The notes under the pieces are model-generated. The model saw nothing but the letters and a program-made list of their open reading frames with translations. It was not told the origin of the DNA and searched no databases. This document shows, piece after piece, positions 58,945 through 64,000 of a stretch of DNA of 64,000 bases. The stretch is taken from the NCBI RefSeq assembly GCF_006345805.1, contig NW_021832867.1:33675-97674 (forward strand), in the 5' to 3' direction. Every line of letters begins with the position of its first letter. The first letter of the stretch is position 1. Made by a program: the position numbers and the translations under genes. The DNA comes from Octopus sinensis. Taxonomy: Eukaryota.

Positions 58945-60747
58945 CAGTGAATCCTCGCAAATTGGCCATTTTTGGTACATAGAGATTTTATGGCCAATTT
59001 GAGAAAATGGCCAATTTGAAAAAAATCAATATTTAAAAAATAAAATAAACACGTTTAAATTTTATTAAAATAAAATTCAATCCCTAATTCCTTTTTATTT
59101 GCTCTTTTTACATTTTCTTTGTATTTTCTTATTGCAGTAATCAGCGAAACATCATTCTCATTTTCTGCATTACAGTAAAGTTGCCTTTCTATTCTAGTTA
59201 ATGTCTTTGCAATATCTTTTCTATCGAGTGGATATATGATTTTTGTCTCTTCGTCGCTAATTTCAGACTCTTGATCCTCTTGTAAACAATTTTCGTTTAT
59301 ATCTTGATCTTCTGTGTTTTCGATATTTAGAAAATCTTCGCTCATTAGAGGATCGAAAATGTCAGTTCTTTCAATTTCAGTCTCATAATGTTCAATTAAT
59401 GTATTTTCGTGATTAGATTCATTTAAAATCTTAAAACAATTTTGAATAGTTTCAGTAGATACGTCATCCAAGCCATATTAACAAACAAAATTGCATCTTT
59501 TAATGTCAATTTTTTGTATGAATTGTATACAGAAATATTTTCAGTCTCCAGCAAATCAGTTAAGTACTGTAGCTTTCTTCTCATGAAATGAGTCTTGAAG
59601 GTTTTTATAATTCCAATATCCATTGGTTGTAGTAATCCAGTAGAATTTTTAGGAAAAAATAAAATCTTAATACAATCCAAGTTTTGAGGAATAGAATGTG
59701 CAGGACAGTGGTCTATTAGCAATAAAATTTTCTTCTTTTTAATTTTAAGCTGGAGATCAAAGCTAATAATCCAATCAATAAAAATAGATCCAGTCATCCA
59801 AGCTTTCTGTGAGCTATAATATGAGACAAGACATCCATAGTCAAAATTTTTAAAACATCTAGGCATTTTTGGTTTTCCAATCATCACAGGTTTCAATTTA
59901 TGACTTCCGGTCATGTTTGAACAAAGCATAATAGACACACGGTCTTTAAAATTTTTGTATCCTTGGAATCGGTTTCTGCATACGCTTTTCGATGGAATAA
60001 GCTTGTAGTATAATGCAGTTTCATCCAAATTATAAATTAGATCAGGCTTATACGATTTAGAAATTTCTTTAAATTCTTCACGAAAAGAATTAATGTCAAC
60101 TACTTTATCTGTTCGCATCTCTCCATGTAATTTTAGCATTCTAAAACCGTGTCTCTTTTTGATTTTGCCAGAAATCCATTAGAATTTTTAAAGTTACTAA
60201 GTTGTAGCTCTTCGGCAAAATGCGCAGCCTTACACGATATTAAGGAATCATTCAAAAACCACCTAAAAATTGGTTTTCAATTAATACCTTTAGACTCTAT
60301 TGTATCCATCCATTCGATCAATTTTTCTTCAAGCGTAGGAAATTTTGGTTTGTGAGCAGCTTTATACGAATTTTGATAGATTTTCGAATCCCGTAAAATA
60401 GAGTCTTTATTAAGCAGTAGATTATTGATCGTCTTTCTCGAGATCGTCTTGTGGAATAAATGTGAGAATCTGTCAGCCAGAAGCTGACACGAAACACTGT
60501 CATTTTCTTCCTTGTAGTTTATAATTTGTGTTTTTTCAAGAAAAGTGAGCCGAGTATAACGTCCACGAGAAATTTTATAAGACATGTGATTAAAGAAATA
60601 GTTTATTTTCTAATTAAAAAAATAATAATTCAAAAATTGTGGCCAATTCTCAAATTGGCCAATTTACTAAGAAAATTAATTTTTTTCTTAGTAAATTGTG
60701 AAAAAATTGGCCAATTTAAAAATTGGCCAATTTGCGAGGATTCACTG
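58945..60747 (-). mobile_element. pogo/Tigger element, full length, with a nearly intact transposase (few frameshifts)
   Basis: Perfect 24-bp TIRs CAGTGAATCCTCGCAAATTGGCCA with TA TSD. CENP-B HTH and DDE_1 are present (IYNLDETALYY, LLLIDHCPAH, LQPMDIGII). Confidence 0.95.
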
Positions 60748-60914
60748 TAGTTTAATTTCATGTATTTACTAATAATTAGAGAATGTTGTTTACTAGATGT
60801 TTCAGACCCATGTTTTTTTTCATAGAATATAAGATAAAAATAATTTTTTAAGTAAAAAGTTTTTATTGATATTTGTCTTTTGAGGGCGGAAAAGGCCTCG
60901 ATAATTTAGCATTA

Positions 60915-61640
60915 ACGGTCTCGTAGCGCTTCATAGATCGCATGCAAGAAAATTATCCCCACCATTGCCGCAAAGCTCAGTCCAGTCCAACTCGGGGTCG
61001 GCGTGCCTGGAGGATGTGCTGCTGTTCATGCTATCCGCACTTTCTCAGAAGCGTGCAGGAAATCACAATGTCCAAACATTCTGATCAAGCTTGACATCAG
61101 AAATGCATTCAACAGTATCCGACGGGACAGAGTTTTTGAGGCCTGCTCTGAGTATTGTCCTTCCTTATTTGGGCTAACTTTCGAATCATACGGCCAACCA
61201 TCTTCCCTTATTTTTGATTCCGACACTATCCCGTCTGCTTCGGGAGTCCAACAGGGAGGCCCTCTGGGGCCACTCCTTTTTTTGTCTTGGAATCTCTGAG
61301 GTGACCAAGCTTCTATCTTCTCCATTAAATCTTTGATATCTCGACGACGCTACTCTCGGTAGCTCTCCGACATCGTTCTGCAGGACATAATTAAAATCAT
61401 TCCGGCTCTGGAGAAAATCGGTCTCATTTTAAATTTCTCCAAATGTGAAATTTCCAACCTCGAATCCTCGCAATCTATTTTCGAAGACGCTGTTTCCTCT
61501 TTCTGCGATCTTATCCCGGGAGTTCAATCTACTCCCATTAACGAACTTTTTATCCTCGGAGCCCCGGTAGCTGGCAACTCTATCGATGTGGCCCTACGCA
61601 AAAAAGAACTTTTCTCGAGGAAGCTTTTGATCGTATCAGA
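60915..61640 (+). mobile_element. CRE-like RT fragment
   Basis: QLGVGVPGG..AVHAIR, LIKLDIRNAFNSIRR, SGVQQGGPLGPLLF and YLDDATL. Confidence 0.85.
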
Positions 61641-61821
61641 CAGCTGGACTCGCTTGTACATAAAATAAAGTGTGTTATAAATCAATATGGCTCTGCGGGA
61701 AGACTATAAAAATTATTTTTTTTACTGATGTCCGCAGGAAGTGCGTGCTTTAGCCTCCTCCGGAGTTTCCCCTCTGCCCATTCCTAACTTAATTTGTTTT
61801 CATTTGGAGACAGAAGATAAA

Positions 61822-63808
61822 GGAGACATTGAACAAAACCCTGGACCCGCCAGGAAGAACCTACTTCGTATCCTGCAAGTAAACATTAATGGGATCGCCC
61901 ACAAGACCACTGAACTCTGTTCCTTCATGGAGAAGTACGACGTGGACATTGCTTTGGTGCAGGAAACGAAGCTCTCGCCCAAAAACCGCCTGCCCGATTT
62001 CCCGGTTACTCATACATCCGGCGAGACAGACCGAACTCCGTAAATGGCGGGGGCCTTTTAACCCTTATCAGAAAATCAATCCCTTTCTCTAACTGTACAT
62101 CACAAGCTTACACACTAATCGATAACGACCCTGTAATTGAGCTGACGGCTATAACGGTCTCTACAGGGCGCTCAACCAGAAGGCTGATCAACATGTACAT
62201 CCCTCCGTGTTCATCCTGTCCTCACGGCTGGACCCCTTCAATACAAAACCTCCAGTCCCTCAGTAATGTCTTTATCTGTGGTGATATGAACGCAAAGAGC
62301 CCGATTTGGCTTAAAAATCAATGCCTCAACTCAAGAGGAACTCTTCTACTTGATCAACTTGACGGTTTAGTCATCCTCAACAACTCCTCATCCCATACCA
62401 GAACCCCGTCAAGAAATGGCGACGCAATCTCCTCTCCCGACATCTCACTGTGTACTCCTATTCTGGCCTCTGCTACCTCCTGGAAGGTGGTTTATGACCT
62501 AACCAGTGACCATAACCCAATCATAATCGAGAATGCGCTAAAATCTAACATTGACCTACAACGCCACTGTTACACTAACTACAAAAGAGCTTCCTGGGAC
62601 GAATACCGCCTTGCCCTAGAAAACTCTCTGAATGACTTCACATCAACAGCTTTCGCTCGACTAATGCAGCAGTCAATCACCTTAATGCTCTCATCATTTC
62701 CACCTCCAAAAATTTCATCCCCCAAGGAAAAATTGAAAAGTTCCGCCCTAACTACAGCCACGAAGTGAAATCCCTCATAAAGACTCGCAACAAACTGAAA
62801 CAGATATCAAGGCACTCTGCCGAGTCCTCCATTGAATTGGCTAACCTAAACAAACAAATCACCGCTGCCATTAACCTGCACGCAATTCTAAGTGGACCGA
62901 ATTTATCACCTCAATCGACTACAGATCTAACAGCTCCAAAATCTGGAAGACCCTGAAGGACATGAATGATTTGATTTATGAAAAGCCCAGTCCCATGAAT
63001 CTGCCACTTCTAACTCAAACACCCCACTGAATCCGGTTCAGGAGGCAAACTCGCTCATGAACTACTACGCCTCCTTAAGCCACAAAACCTCAAACAAAAA
63101 CGACCGAAAGGTCGCCAATCTCGGAGGAGCTTACCTCGCACGGAATCCTTACCGCCTTTCACTGCAGACGAAGTTTCGCAGTGTATAAAAAACTCGAAGA
63201 ATTCCCCCGCCACGGGGCCTGACAACATTTCTATCCACCACCTTAAAAGACTTGGCCCCAACGCCATCAACGCTATAGTGTCTATTTTCAACAATTCCGT
63301 TGTAAAAAACGAAATTCCATCTCTTTGGAAAAAATCACGTATCATCTCGTTAATCAAACCGAACAAACCGGCTGGCATTCCAAGCTCCTACCGCCCAATC
63401 TCTCTTTTGTGCACGCTATCTAAAATCCTCGAAGACTAATCCTTTCACGAGTCTCGAAACACTTACCAACATCCCACACCCAACATGGCTTCAAACCACT
63501 GCACTCAACAACCACTCACTTAACAACGCTTTCCCAGTTCGTCCTGGACGGCTTCAATGTGAAGAGGCCCCCTAAACGAACAGTTCTAGCTTCCATCGAC
63601 ATATCTAAAGCTTTTGACAGCGTCCCCCGTTGCGGTCTCACCAAGAAAATTCTCATGACCGGCCTAGACTCAAACTACAAATCCTGGCTTGCTAACTTCT
63701 TATCGGGCCGCATGGGCTACGTCTCCCTCATGGACCACTGTTCCAAACAACGCTATCTTCCAAACGGGGTACCGCAGGGTTCCGTGCTGTCTCCATCCCT
63801 GTTCAATC
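61822..63808 (+). mobile_element. APE-type (Ingi-like) LINE, 5' portion: 2A-like motif, APE endonuclease, RT N-half; frameshifted and truncated
   Basis: GDIEQNPGP, LRILQVNINGI...IALVQETKL, ICGDMNAK, SPDISL, SDHNPI, ATGPDNI, SSYRPISLL, IDISKAFDSV and GVPQGSVLSPSLFN. Confidence 0.92.
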
Positions 63809-64000
63809 TTGGCCATTTTTGGTACATAGAGATTTTATGGCCAATTTGAGAAAATGGCCAATTTGAAAAAAATCAATATTTAAAAAATAAAATAAACACG
63901 TTTAAATTTTATTAAAATAAAATTCAATCCCTAATTCCTTTTTATTTGCTCTTTTTACATTTTCTTTGTATTTTCTTATTGCAGTAATCAGCGAAACATC
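63809..64000 (-). mobile_element. Second copy of the 58945 pogo end, lacking the outer 17 nt of the TIR; runs off the window
   Basis: 192 bp that appear identical to 58962-59153. Confidence 0.92.

Noticed and set aside
347-63378. Many listed ORFs antisense to TE or gene frames (e.g. 347-595, 14099-14287, 55662-55931, 63055-63378)
   Set aside because: They are shadow ORFs on the opposite strand of recognised coding sequence.
1-64000. CRISPR arrays, rRNA, tRNA, prokaryotic operons
   Set aside because: No regularly spaced repeat-spacer array or RNA-gene signature was seen; gene structure is spliceosomal and eukaryotic.

Overview
This is animal (metazoan) nuclear DNA, not prokaryotic. It is AT-rich overall, with kb-scale GC-richer gene islands. 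I found no rRNA, tRNA or CRISPR array. About ten apparently functional genes are present: a divergent G-protein beta subunit, sphingosine kinase, ABHD16A, transaldolase, a BET bromodomain protein, an Lhx1/5 LIM-homeobox gene, RPSA, POLR3C, MED18 and Tudor-SN/SND1. Nearly all of their introns are only about 22-31 nt long. Three such introns, each in a different gene, need a GC donor, and one or two more look GT-TG. Between the genes lie intron-retaining, decayed fragments of host genes (Raf, RPB2, EGFR L-domain, EFL1, squalene epoxidase, CPVL). There is also a dense, nested transposon graveyard: many CRE-like and R4/Dong-like RLE retroelements, APE-type (Ingi-like) LINEs, hAT/Buster, pogo/Tigger, Tc1, a Ginger-like element and a Helitron relic. 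Several otherwise intact ORFs have single-base deficits in homopolymers, which suggests unpolished long-read sequence, so pseudogene calls need caution. The tiny introns resemble miniaturised parasite genomes (dicyemid-like), but the taxon cannot be fixed from sequence alone. All protein identifications are from recalled motif similarity, not database searches, and the boundaries of decayed elements are approximate.
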